Source: Podarcis filfolensis
Taxonomy: Eukaryota
Assembly: GCA_964270895.1 (NCBI GenBank)
Contig: OZ185447.1
Length of the DNA: 64,000 nt
Direction: 5' to 3' (one strand)
Shown piece after piece: positions 11,201 through 20,800 of the stretch; the stretch's first letter is position 1, and each line of letters begins with the position of its first letter. The notes beneath the pieces were generated by a model. The model saw nothing but the letters and a program-made list of their open reading frames with translations. It had not been told where the DNA came from and did no database searches. The position numbers and the translations under genes were made by a program.

Positions 11201-13555
11201 TGTCCCCAAAAAATACAACTCCAATCAGCCTCAACCAGCATTGCTAGTGGTCAGGGATGATGGGAATTGTAGACAAGGCTGATGCAGAGTCGCAATTTTT
11301 TTAATGTTACTATTATGCTTTCTTAAAAGTTGAGAAAGTCACAGATTCATGTATCTTCTCCATCCTTCATCCATGCATGCAAGCAAGCAGCATTAGAATT
11401 CAAGCACAAATTCCGGCCAGGCAAAAATACATTGGGCAGGAGAGGAGCATGGCTCCAGAAGGTGTATGACCTAGGGAGAGTTCTGAGGGACAGATAAAGA
11501 GGCCTGCATTTGGCACCCAGGCCTGAGGTTTACCATCCCTACTCTAACTACTCATCATCTTAAAAGAAAATTCACCATGCCTCAGGTTCCCTTAGAATAC
11601 TAACAATACAGACATCTCTCAGGGAATTTAATATTGAAACCAAGGCCATGTGTAAGGCAATATCTGACTACTACAATTACTAACCCCTCTTGTCGACAGT
11701 CTGCGATCCAATCTTTCATAACTGCACAGAAGGTAGAAAAATCAACAGCAATCCCTCTCTCTTGAGGGTCCAACATCTTATATAGAGACCGAAACCTCCA
11801 GTCTTCACAGTTCTGCCCTGTCATCTCCTGCAAGTATTCAATGATTCGGAAGACAGACACCTCTCCTATAACCAGAATTCAGGTAGACAGAATTACACAG
11901 GTAGGTAAAAAACTCAAATATAAAAACTGCATAGAACAATAAATCTGGATTTAGATGTCTCTGCTATCTACCAATGCAAGCTATTATGATACGTTTTATA
12001 CGTCTTTGTTTCTCCAGTTTAGAAGAAATGAGGCATTTGTAACTGATAAAACCGTCAGTCATAAATATATGAACTGTATATATAAACTAGTCTACATATC
12101 TGTATTGTTTTAAAATACCCCATAGCAGTAGCTCACAAAGCAATTTTGCTTGGTCTGAAAAGTAATGTGAATTTATATTTAATTTTTAATCCATTAGCTT
12201 CTAGTCTCCATGATTAAAGAAAATGAGTGACTTATCAGGAACCAACTTTCAAGAAAAATAGGATTTTTAAAGGAATAGTAGCGTTGTACCACTGCTTCCC
12301 TTTCCCACCCACTTCCTTCTTATTATCACTTATTTTCTTGTCTTTTCTTCTCTTTCTATTATACCTTAAGTAAAATAATTTTATGTAACTTTGAAGTACT
12401 GGGAGGAGTCCTGGATAATGTCTATCAATGAATGATTTTTATTTATTTTTTTGCACATCCTAGTCAATAAAACTTTGTCTAAGAAGAAGAAAGTATTCCA
12501 TCTTTCTGCTAGGACTTATTGTCATTAAAGTTGACCTGGAATTGTGTGTTTCTTCAATACAGTGATGTTAGGTTCACTGACAAAATGACATATAGCCAAG
12601 AGTCTATAATATATAACCTGATGCTAAACTATTCTGAAAGGTGTTTGCACATCTTAACACAAAACTGATCTCCCAGCAGTTTTGAAGACTGATAGTTCAA
12701 AACTTTCTACCTGTTTGTTCTGGATCACAGGCCTTGAATGTGCATTTCAGAACATGTTCTTCGGAGCACTGGCCTGCATTCAGGGTGATATTCTTGCTGC
12801 TGACGCCAATGCTGTCCTGTGGCATTGCTAAGGAACATGAGGAAGTAATATTTATATAAATGATTTTTTTTCTAAGCCTAGATTATCTGCAGACCAAGTC
12901 ATCCTTCTGGGGCTGTTATGAAATGTATTTACAATCCCATTACTGAGGTGAGGGCATCTCAATCTGCTTGATAAAACCTTGGTAAATCAGCTGGGGGGGG
13001 GGAACTATGGTGGAAATCATATGAACTGGGGCGCTTCCAGGTGACCTTTTTACTGAGCATGCATCTTGATTTGTTTGCAGGGAGATTTATTATGTTACCT
13101 CAAAGCAAGTGTTAATTCAAACTTTCCAGTGCATTTCCCCATCACTTTCCTTTTCATTAAAAGTCTGATCTTTTGGGGAAGCAGATTTGTTCCTCCTTAT
13201 TAATTATAACTGTGTGACCTGAATAATAATAATAATTTATTATTTATACCCCGCCCATCTGGCTGGGCTTCCCCAGCCACTCTGGGCGGCTTCCAAAAAA
13301 ATATTAAAATACTGTAAGACATCAAACATCGAATTTGCTGATATGTGACTGAATCCCAACCAAAAATGGCAACAGTCCGGAAGTGCCCTGAGGAAGGGGA
13401 AATGGTTCTAGGAGCAGATGTTTCTGACGCAGTTACAATACTGTTAAATGACTGGCAGCTTAGAATGACCAATGCCTACTTTCTCTCGACAAGAATGCAG
13501 TTAACTGTCCAACTGCTTCATTTTCAAGTGACTTGTAATAAATATCCTCCATCAT
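2103..13555 (-). CDS. KASH5: KASH5/CCDC155 meiotic LINC-complex protein; partial gene model, C-terminal TM/KASH exons not found in window
   Basis: Frame-consistent GT-AG exons (minus): 13555-13480, 12827-12711, 11865-11685, [10360/10355-10293], 10214-10053, 9632-9515, 9122-9072, 8674-8597, 8483-8427, 7611-7552, 5255-5191, 2695-2608, 2210-2103. Peptides align in order with human KASH5 (EF-hand-like N-terminus, then coiled coil). Adjacent to DKKL1/TEAD2 as in human. Confidence 0.9.
2608..2695 (-). CDS. KASH5: KASH5 exon (LPGDFLENVKTCSQVPAQPLWMEIEESQR)
   Basis: 88 nt, tgcag/gtaaga, phase 2/0; matches human LPEG...PSLGLEIEAIRQ. Confidence 0.85.
3054..3427 (-). mobile_element. Solo LTR in KASH5 intron
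   Basis: TG...CA ends, 5-bp TSD CCTTA (3049-3053 and 3428-3432), minus-strand TATATAAA (3152-3159) and AATAAA (3091-3096), internal 40-bp repeats. Confidence 0.8.
3291..3410. repeat. Three tandem 40-bp units inside the solo LTR, each with a CCAAT box
   Basis: gttctaggaccaatcagactgctgc...atcctatt at 3291, 3331, 3371. Confidence 0.95.
5191..5255 (-). CDS. KASH5: KASH5 exon (ELKLEVSRLQEHLSQSYQDQY)
   Basis: 65 nt, attag/gtaagt; matches human ELRLEISRLEEQLSQTYE. Confidence 0.88.
5390..6690 (-). mobile_element. Degenerate 5'-truncated L1/Tx1-like LINE (ORF2 3' part)
   Basis: Broken frames ...ALEQIKCFGEVAGFKIDTEKTK and YAATAARVLLAQKWK; A-rich tail near 5390; interrupted by a MITE at 6171-6388. 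Boundaries approximate. Confidence 0.7.
6171..6388. mobile_element. Tc1/mariner-type MITE nested in the L1
   Basis: TIR CAGTGGTACCTTGGTT with TA on both sides. Confidence 0.85.
7552..7611 (-). CDS. KASH5: KASH5 exon (KTKYAEELTVTLDEYRLVVQ)
   Basis: 60 nt, tacag/gtaatc; matches human RTRDVESLAQTLEEYRVTTQ. Confidence 0.88.
8427..8483 (-). CDS. KASH5: KASH5 exon (SQISEYENLISCKDAALNE)
   Basis: 57 nt, tgcag/gtgagg; matches human RQLFECEHLICQRDTILSE. Confidence 0.88.
8597..8674 (-). CDS. KASH5: KASH5 exon (NKKLLLEKESSKCKIKDLFTKKAKMK)
   Basis: 78 nt, tctag/gtactt; matches human NGKLLAERDGVKKRSQELAMEKDTLK. Confidence 0.88.
9072..9122 (-). CDS. KASH5: KASH5 exon (VKEQQFLSVQLDKVQEM)
   Basis: 51 nt, tttag/gtgagc; matches human EKEQQHLVAEMETLQEE. 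Confidence 0.88.
9515..9632 (-). CDS. KASH5: KASH5 exon (TQPALEQARVMANELEDLKVFSKSLEEENSKLHTQARQL)
   Basis: Matches human TQQALQFAKAMDEELEDLKTLARSLEEQNRSLLAQARQA; phase 2/0. Confidence 0.92.
10053..10214 (-). CDS. KASH5: KASH5 coiled-coil exon (EDAVDLTNSIQDLQHGNKQL...EEICDLKGKLRG)
   Basis: Matches human ADLLSSLEDLELSNRRLVGENAKLQRSMETAEE; GT-AG, phase 2/2. Confidence 0.92.
10293..10360 (-). CDS. KASH5: KASH5 tentative linker exon ((NS)LGEGYLTSSDHLQRKEKQDL)
   Basis: Long pyrimidine tract with AG at 10361 or 10356, donor gtaaat, 78-nt downstream intron. Keeps frame with both neighbours, but homology is weak. Confidence 0.4.
10478..11142. mobile_element. Young non-autonomous hAT element (665 bp)
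   Basis: 17-bp perfect TIR CAGTGGCGTAGCGTGGG, perfect 8-bp TSD GTGAAGCT (10470-10477 and 11143-11150), CpG-rich interior. Confidence 0.92.
11685..11865 (-). CDS. KASH5: KASH5 EF-hand-like exon (EVSVFRIIEYLQEMTG...FCAVMKDWIADCRQEG)
   Basis: tatag acceptor, donor gttagt (alternative gtaatt 4 nt further); matches human VAQVLAYLEAVTG...FLVVMRDWIAACQ. Confidence 0.93.
12711..12827 (-). CDS. KASH5: KASH5 exon (MPQDSIG...SEEHVLKCTFKACDPEQTG)
   Basis: ttag acceptor, gtagaa donor; matches human SLEEQILNSTFEACDPQRTG. Confidence 0.9.
13480..13555 (-). CDS. KASH5: KASH5 candidate first coding exon (MMEDIYYKSLENEAVGQLTAFLSRE)
   Basis: ATG at 13555, open frame to a phase-1 donor gtaggc that joins exon 12827 in frame. 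Weak resemblance to the human N-terminus (VG..TA...RE). Confidence 0.5.
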
Positions 13556-14514
13556 CACACACAGGTAAGTTCTTTGACAATCAGAACTTGGTTCCACAGA
13601 TGTGTTCTTATCCAGGAAAAATAGATTATAAGGTCACTTCTGTGTGTACCTGCAACAAGCAAAACAAGAACATAATTCCAGTATCTGTGAAGCAAAAAAG
13701 CTACTTGGGTAATTAATTTGCCAGGCTTTGTAAAAGTAGCAAAATGCCTAGGTGAATTACCTCAAATTAAACTCATCTGGACTGCACCAAATGCACAACT
13801 TCATCTGTTCGAAGTCTCATAAGACTTTAAGGCTACGTAACACTATACCCACTTATCTGGGAGTAAGCTTCATCAAACTCAGTGGTACTTGAGTAGACAT
13901 ATATAGGACTGCCATGTGAAAGTTAAACCTGGCTTAAACATTTCACTAAGAAATAGAATGATAAAAAAGGGAGTTACTTTCATATCTCTTTGTGCGGCAG
14001 TAGCGTGGATGTAATGTAGTTGACTAATTTGGAAGGTTTTATTTGCTAACATCAGAATTATATTAGAAAACAGTATTTTCTCTCCTACAGGGCACTCTGT
14101 GCTGTGTGAGAACAACAGGCACAGGTTTTCAGCTGTATCATAGTGTCATGGACCTTGGATTGACTATATGATTTGCCATTTCACATATGTGGAGTGACCC
14201 CCAAATTTAGGTTTATTTAAATCAAAATAATGTATAATTAGGTTGAGATCCCTCCTATGATGGTGTGGTTTTAGTTCGAACAAATTAATTGGCGAGTCCA
14301 ACCTACTGTGAATGGCATATTCTATGGAGGTGAAGCATGGGGTTGGCACATCTATCTTTCCTTTTCTCAATTCAGAAAGCTGTTTTTTGGGGTGAAGGGA
14401 TGCATTATTGCATGAGAAACAAGACAGGATTGATATGGATTGCATATTCACTGCTTCACAAACCAGCGGTGGGAGGGCATTGGATGCAGAATTATCAACT
14501 GTACGCAGCCACAG

Positions 14515-14760
14515 TACAGTGGTACCTCAGGTTAAGTACTTAATTCGTTCCAGAGGTCCATTCTTAAGCTGAAACTGTTCTTAACCTGAAGCACCACTTT
14601 AGCTTGTGGGGCGTCCTGCTGCCGCCACTCCGCCAGAGCCCGATTTCTGTTCTTATCCTGAAGCAAAGTTCTTAACCTGAAGCACTATTTCTGGGTTAGT
14701 GGAGTGTGTAACCTGAAGCGTATGTAACCTGAAGCGTATGTAACCCGAGGTACCACTGTA
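14515..14760. mobile_element. Tc1/mariner-type MITE
   Basis: TA-CAGTGGTACCTC...GAGGTACCACTG-TA. Confidence 0.9.
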
Positions 14761-15229
14761 TTTAATCCAAAGTAACAGTTTATTTGGTAAAAGAGTATGT
14801 ATTAATAGCTGTGGAAGGCCAGGTTGCATTTGCAAGGGGAGTAATTAGGCGTTTTTATTGATTTACTGTGGATGGCGGTAGGGGTCTAAGGCAGGTGAGG
14901 AGGAAAGCTGTTTCCTGATCCAAAAGTTTGGCTTTGGCTGTTCCGCCTATGAAGGCAGCTCAGTTAACAAGATATAGGGATAAAGGACTGGTAGCCATAG
15001 TCGGTACAAACCCCAAGGTCGTTGGACGGAAGAATCTTTTTAACCGTGGCTGCTTTTTTGAAGACATTTTCAATGGCAATGGATTTCGGGATATTTTATG
15101 TGGCTTTAAGCTTTGTTTTCGAACTTGTGCCTGCCGCAACTGGTCTCCTCAGGGAGGAAAATAAATTCAATCAATAATTAAAATTTCAATAAATAAATAG
15201 CTCGAGCATGCTTTGTAGCTTGCAGCGTA

Positions 15230-15850
15230 GCAGCTTAGCCATTATGGGCCGCCAACAGACGGCTTAAGCGAGGCCGGGTTGCTTTCGCTTCTCGAGTTGG
15301 CAGCAACGTTAGGAATTGGGAGGCTATAAATCCACGGGAGGGAGATTTTTGGAGACCCTCGGCCACGACACGGGTTAGGTCTAAATGTTCACCTGCGAAG
15401 AGAGAGAGGGGCGTTATCGTGCCCTTTTATCAACTGAAACGGGGCAGATTTGTACAGAAAGGAATCTACCGTCAAGGGGAGGGGGGCGTGCAGGAAGGCC
15501 GTTTAGCGGGGACTCTTTGTTTTCGCACCGCGCAGCTCTCTCAAGCAGCCTTTATTCGCGAGGCTGAGGAAGAGCAGCCCCTCACACGAGGGAGAGAAGC
15601 CAACCGAGAAGCCGAGGTCGAAGCGTCCGAGCGAGGGAAGGAGACGCGGACGGAGAAACCTTGTCTCAGCGAGAACCGAAGCACAGACGGAGATATTCCT
15701 CCGCCGCGGCCTCCAGACAGCGGGAGACGCGGAAAGCCGGACTCGCGCGCCGAGGCGTTGCTATGGGAGACGCAGGGAAAAAGGCGGGAAAACGCGGAAG
15801 CGGCGACGCTTGCGCCTGTTCCTTGGGCCCGTCGGTGTTTCCTTAGGAAG
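15230..15850 (-). promoter_or_regulatory. CpG-rich island, probable KASH5 promoter / 5' UTR region
   Basis: Dense CpG and GC content about 2 kb upstream of the first coding exon. X-box-like GTTGCTATGGGAGAC at 15757-15771. Strong minus-strand acceptor (ctctctctcttcgcag) near 15392. Confidence 0.6.
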
Positions 15851-15950
15851 GTGGAGAGGCAGGAAGTTCCTCTGTCAAGCCTTTCTCCACCATGGAAAGA
15901 TGTGCTCGCCTGCTGGCTAGCTCTCTCTCCACCAAACTTTTCTAGCCAGC

Positions 15951-16057
15951 CATGGGAGTAGCCAAGGTGGGGGGGACAGCTGCCTCTCTTTAATCAATAC
16001 TGTACAAATCTAAGGTTCTGTCCCCACCCCTAACAAAAATTTCTGGCTACGCCCATG
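15951..16057. mobile_element. Short hAT-type MITE
   Basis: TIR CATGGG(A/C)GTAGCCA; 8-bp TSD tagccagc/tagctagc with 1 mismatch. Confidence 0.7.
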
Positions 16058-16171
16058 TAGCTAGCTAGCCCTCTTGTTTTCTGCACCCTCCTCATTGGTT
16101 TAATTATTAATTTCTATACCATCCTTCGTCTGAAGAGAACAGAACAATTTACTGTAAAATAAAAAGCACAC

Positions 16172-16652
16172 CTTTGTTGGCATCACCTTGCCAACAAAGG
16201 TCCGTATAGTTAAAGCCATGGTTTTCCCAATAGTGATGTATGGAAGTGAGAGCTGGACCATAAAGAAGGCTGATCGCCGAAGAATGGATGCTTTTGAATT
16301 ATGGTGCTGGAGGAGACTCTTGAGAGTCCCATGGACTGCAAGAAGATCCAACCTATCCATTCTTAAGGAAATCAGCCCTGAGTGCTCACTGGAAGGACAG
16401 ATCATGAAGCTGAGGCTCCAATACTTTGGCCACCTCATGAGAAGAGAAGACTCCCTGGAAAAGACCCTGATGTTGGGAAAGATGGAGGGCACAAGGAGAA
16501 GGGGACGACAGAGGACAAGATGGTTGGACAGTGTTCTCGAAGCTACAAACATGAGTCTGACCAAACTGCGGGAGGCAGTGGAAGACAGGAGTGCCTGGCG
16601 TGCTCTGGTCCATGGGGTCACGAAGAGTCGGACACGACTAAACAACAACAAC
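16172..16652 (+). mobile_element. 5'-truncated RTE-BovB LINE (ORF C-terminus and (CAA)n tail)
   Basis: Open frame PTKVRIVKAMVFPIVMYGSESWTIKKADRRR...AWRALVHGVTKSRTRLN; CAA tail; TSD aaaaagcacac/aaaaagtacac. Confidence 0.93.
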
Positions 16653-16731
16653 AAAAAGTACACAAAAATGCTTGCATGCCTTGTGGGATATCTTTGGGAG
16701 AAGAAAAGTCTCAGGAGTAAACCCTACACAA

Positions 16732-16839
16732 CATGGATGTAGCCAGGATTTATGTTGGAGGGGGAAGGCTTCATGTCAGGGGGAACAGAAGCTCAAGTAT
16801 TTGTATTGATTGCGGGGGTGGGCCTTGGCTACGCCCCTG
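16732..16839. mobile_element. Short hAT-type MITE
   Basis: Imperfect TIR CA(T/G)GG..GTAGCCA; perfect 8-bp TSD CTACACAA (16724-16731 and 16840-16847). Confidence 0.8.
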
Positions 16840-17448
16840 CTACACAAATCCAGAGTGGAGTACTAAAAATAGTTGTGTGGCGCCTTGTATGCCTCCTTCC
16901 CGCGACTCCTGCAGCCAAGCTGGTGCCAAACGTATTGCTCTGCTTTCCTTTTGAGGGGGACAGCCCATGAACTCCATACACCACCCAGGATTGCACGCCT
17001 TGCAATGTATACTATAAGCAAGTCTCCCAAAAGTAACTCCTCAGCTTCCTAGTTCTCTTGCCATTTCCTGCCTAAGCTGAACCATTTCCCTAAAAGTGTA
17101 CAGAAGATGGGATTTTCAGAATGCAGATGTTCTTTTTAGCTATAAATATTTAACAGTTCCCACTGTTGAATAAATTTCTTTGGTGTAAAGAATAAGAGAC
17201 TTTGGTAATTAAGCAGTGTATAAATAGCTTAAATAAATAAATCTGCATTGCGAACAAAGCAACATTTGCACAGCTAGTGGTGTGAATGATTTAATTAACA
17301 AAAACTTTTCTTTTTTTTTTGCTGAATGGAATCTAGAAATAAGTGGATTATGAGGGAAAATACAGAGATTAATATGAGAAGCATAAAACGGGTTGTGAGC
17401 ATTGAAGAGTAACAAGCTATTTAAATCATGGGCCAAAAACTATTGTAA

Positions 17449-17791
17449 TTAGTAAAAGCCAGGCCCAATGTACTGCCCCATTTCATTGGCCAATTGCTTG
17501 AGTTCCTGGAAATCTGCTTGTTTGGGATCAGCCATATCTTCCTCCCATGGCAACTGCCTTTTCTCGTCATAGTCTTCACTGAGCCCCTTTGGTTGGCTAA
17601 TATCTTCCATGGAATAAGGAGCTCTGGGCAGATTGACTAATGCCAGTTGGCCATCTTGCACAGAGTCATCATAATAAGCATCCTCTTTGTCACGCCGCAT
17701 TAGGATTGGCTGGTAGAAAGAGAGCTGTTGGTCTAGTCTACTAATATCCACACTGTTCTCTGGATTTTCACATGTGGAAACTGTTGTATAT
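17449..17791 (-). CDS. DKKL1: DKK-like terminal exon 7 (YTTVSTC...acidic tail...QYIGPGFY stop)
   Basis: cctag acceptor, phase 2, supplies the last Cys of CRD2, TAA at 17451-17449. Confidence 0.88.
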
Positions 17792-17831
17792 CTAGGAGAG
17801 AAAGCAACCGATTGACAAGACTGAATGAGTG

Positions 17832-17888
<57 letters not shown>

Positions 17889-20800
17889 TGCACACACACA
17901 CACACAAACAATATATATTTAGGCACACAGTGCTTTTTTTCTAAAAAAATGTTTAGGGGTACTCTCATTTTCCTACTCATACTGCCCCTCAATGAGGCCA
18001 AACGTTAGAATCACAAAATGTTTAGGGGTATGTGTACCCCTGCGTACCCCAGAAAAAAGCACTGAGCACACACACACACCCCCACACACACTGTACTTTT
18101 CTGTGTATAAGACTAGGTTTTTTTACTTTAAAATTATGTGAAAAACTGTGGGTCATATACACGGGGCAATCTCCCCCCTATTTTCTTAAATTGGAGTCCC
18201 AAAAAGTAGGGGGCGTCTTATACATGGGGGCATCTTATAAATGAAAAAATACGGGGGGAGGGAGTATCATCCCAGTCCAATCAACATTAATTGCATCTTG
18301 CAGAGTATCCTAAAACAATATGTGGAGCAAATGCAATAATATAAGACTTCATTTATTTTATCTTAAATCAGTCTTGCAAAACAGAGTACAATTTTATTAG
18401 CACATAGTTTATTGGGGTATTATTATTGTAATTAATTTATTAACTGCCTTCTGCACAACTGTCTTAATGTGATGTACAATAAAAAGCAAAGCAAAAAAAA
18501 ACATGCAAGAAACAGCAGATACACTTAAAACAAAACTAAAACAATGCAAAACAGACAGTCTTGCAGCTACTTTAGTTGCAGCTTTCTCTTGTGAAGAATT
18601 CTACAGAGACAGAATCCTCCTTACCTTTTACCTCTGCACTTCAGCCCTTGGGCACATGGGCAATACTGGCTAGGTTTGGGAAAGGCTGTGAGGCTGCCCC
18701 AACCCATCAGTCCAAAGAGGGAACTGCTGGGAATCTGGCATACTTCCCCTTCCTTTGGATAAGGAGTGCAGACTGGGAACGAGAGAGCTGTGTTGGAGAT
18801 AGGACAAAGATTATAAAGGATTATGTGAAGAAAATCCATAAAGTAAAATCTGCCTGGAATATCTGCTATACAAGATACACTGGATTGGTTCACACGTAAC
18901 ACTAAGACAAACTATGTCGTGGCATGAATGAGCTACTATACTGGTGCACATTTAGAAAAATTCAGCCACTTAGCTCCTCTCCTTGTGAGTTAAACCATAG
19001 TTAGTCTCTTAGCATTATGTGCAAATCCAGTCTTGTGGTTTGTTTCAGTAGCCCAAACCAAACAGAAGCTATAACCAATACCTGCTCTTGGCTTACTGAT
19101 TGTGAGAATGAGGACAGGGGTTATATCAGGACCATGGTGTGAGAGGCAAAGGTTAACTGCCTCTCCACAGGCACTGTGGTCTCAGTCTGGATTATAGTCC
19201 CCAGGAATTGGTACTTTCAGTTTAAAAGCTTTCACGCAACTCCAAGTAAAGCAGTCAACATCACAAAATATGAGCAGACCAAATACGAGGGTAGGAGGAA
19301 GTAGATTATCACACCGGAGGCATGAGTACATAAAAACCATCTTACAATTGCTGGCAGTGCAACACAGCCCCTGAGCACACTTGTCCTGGCGTGGGTCACA
19401 TCTTGTTCCGCTCTCACCACGGCTCACTCCTTTTGCACACCTGCCCCACACACAGAGGTATCCTAGACAGCATTCCCTGTCCTTCCAGCATATCTAGGAG
19501 ACAAAGCATGATGACGACACAACATCTAGGAGGTGAAGCATGATGACGACACAACATTTATTCTTTGAAGCTCAAAACTAGAAAATTCATTTAAAATACA
19601 AGGCACTACCAGTGAAAAGACCCTGCCTTATTTTATTTATTCAGGATATGCTACTCAAAAGGCCAGCTTCTGTGTTTGCATTTCAAAATATGAGCAGACT
19701 AATACCAAAATTGCACAGGACCTTTTCTCTCTTTTTCTGATACCCTTTTTTTCCTTTCTCGCTCTTGCTCTCTTCCTGGCCAGCAGGCTGTCTGTCAGGG
19801 GACGGGCAGATTCCTCTTGCCAGAGGCCTGAACTGATCACATTTGAGAGCTTTTGAAATTAGGCAGAGGGCCACATGCAGCCTAGGACTGCAGGTTGCCA
19901 GCACTCTTGTAGAAAGACTTTTGCTTTGGAGCCTCTCGTTTTAGAATACCCCTTTCTGCAGTAGAAATATTTTCCAGGGACAGTTCTGGCAGCAAAGTTG
20001 AGCGTACTCACTGTATTCTTGACCTTACACTGCCGACACCGGGAAGCAAGGAAGGACTTAAAGCAGAACTGGTCCTTTTGGCAGTCACTGTCACTCACAC
20101 ATTCCTGCTGGAGAGGAAGGACATATTTAAAAAGGGCTACAAGATCATTGCACTAGCAAGTTCCCTATTTCGTTGCTGGGTAATGGCTGAATTTAAGACT
20201 GCAGTTGGCTTCTGTGGAGCATCTTAGCTGGCTACTAGGATGGGACTTCTCCCTACCTCAGCTCAAACCTGTAAGTTTCCCATAGATAGCTCTACATGTA
20301 AGAAAAGGTAATAGAGTGTTACTCCTTTTGGAATATTAATGGTTACTGCAAACTTTATTTCTGAATGCACAGCAGAATATAAACAGCTCCGTTTCCCATG
20401 TATATTCCCAACTAGCATTGTATACAGTCGTAGGGAATTTAACTGTGTGCTTAAGCACAGGCTCCAAGCTCTCCCATTCCTTGCTTCCCTTGAACTAAGA
20501 CAGGGGTGGGGGAACTTTTTTCAGCCCAAGGGCCACATTCCCTTCTGGGCAGCCTTCCAGGGGCCGCATGCCAGGGGTGGGGTCAACAGCGGTGACTTGC
20601 AAAGGCCAGATTCCTATACAACCTGCATCCAGGGAAGCAAGGACCATAGTTCAAGGGCACATCTTCCGAAGCTGGCAAAAGCATTCAAGAAGATTGTGGA
20701 GCAGAACTGGTGAACTCATAGGGAGGGTGTGCAGCCTACAGAAAGTCCTGATGGCTATTTAATGAGGCCTGTAGGGTCACATTTGGTCGCCAGCCTGAGC

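Noticed and set aside
10561-11247. Several long overlapping ORFs (up to 226 aa)
   Set aside because: All lie within the GC-rich hAT element; low-complexity translations, no transposase motifs, stop scarcity explained by GC content.
15385-15961. 180-aa plus-strand ORF
   Set aside because: Falls in the CpG island, with no recognisable domain or splice context.
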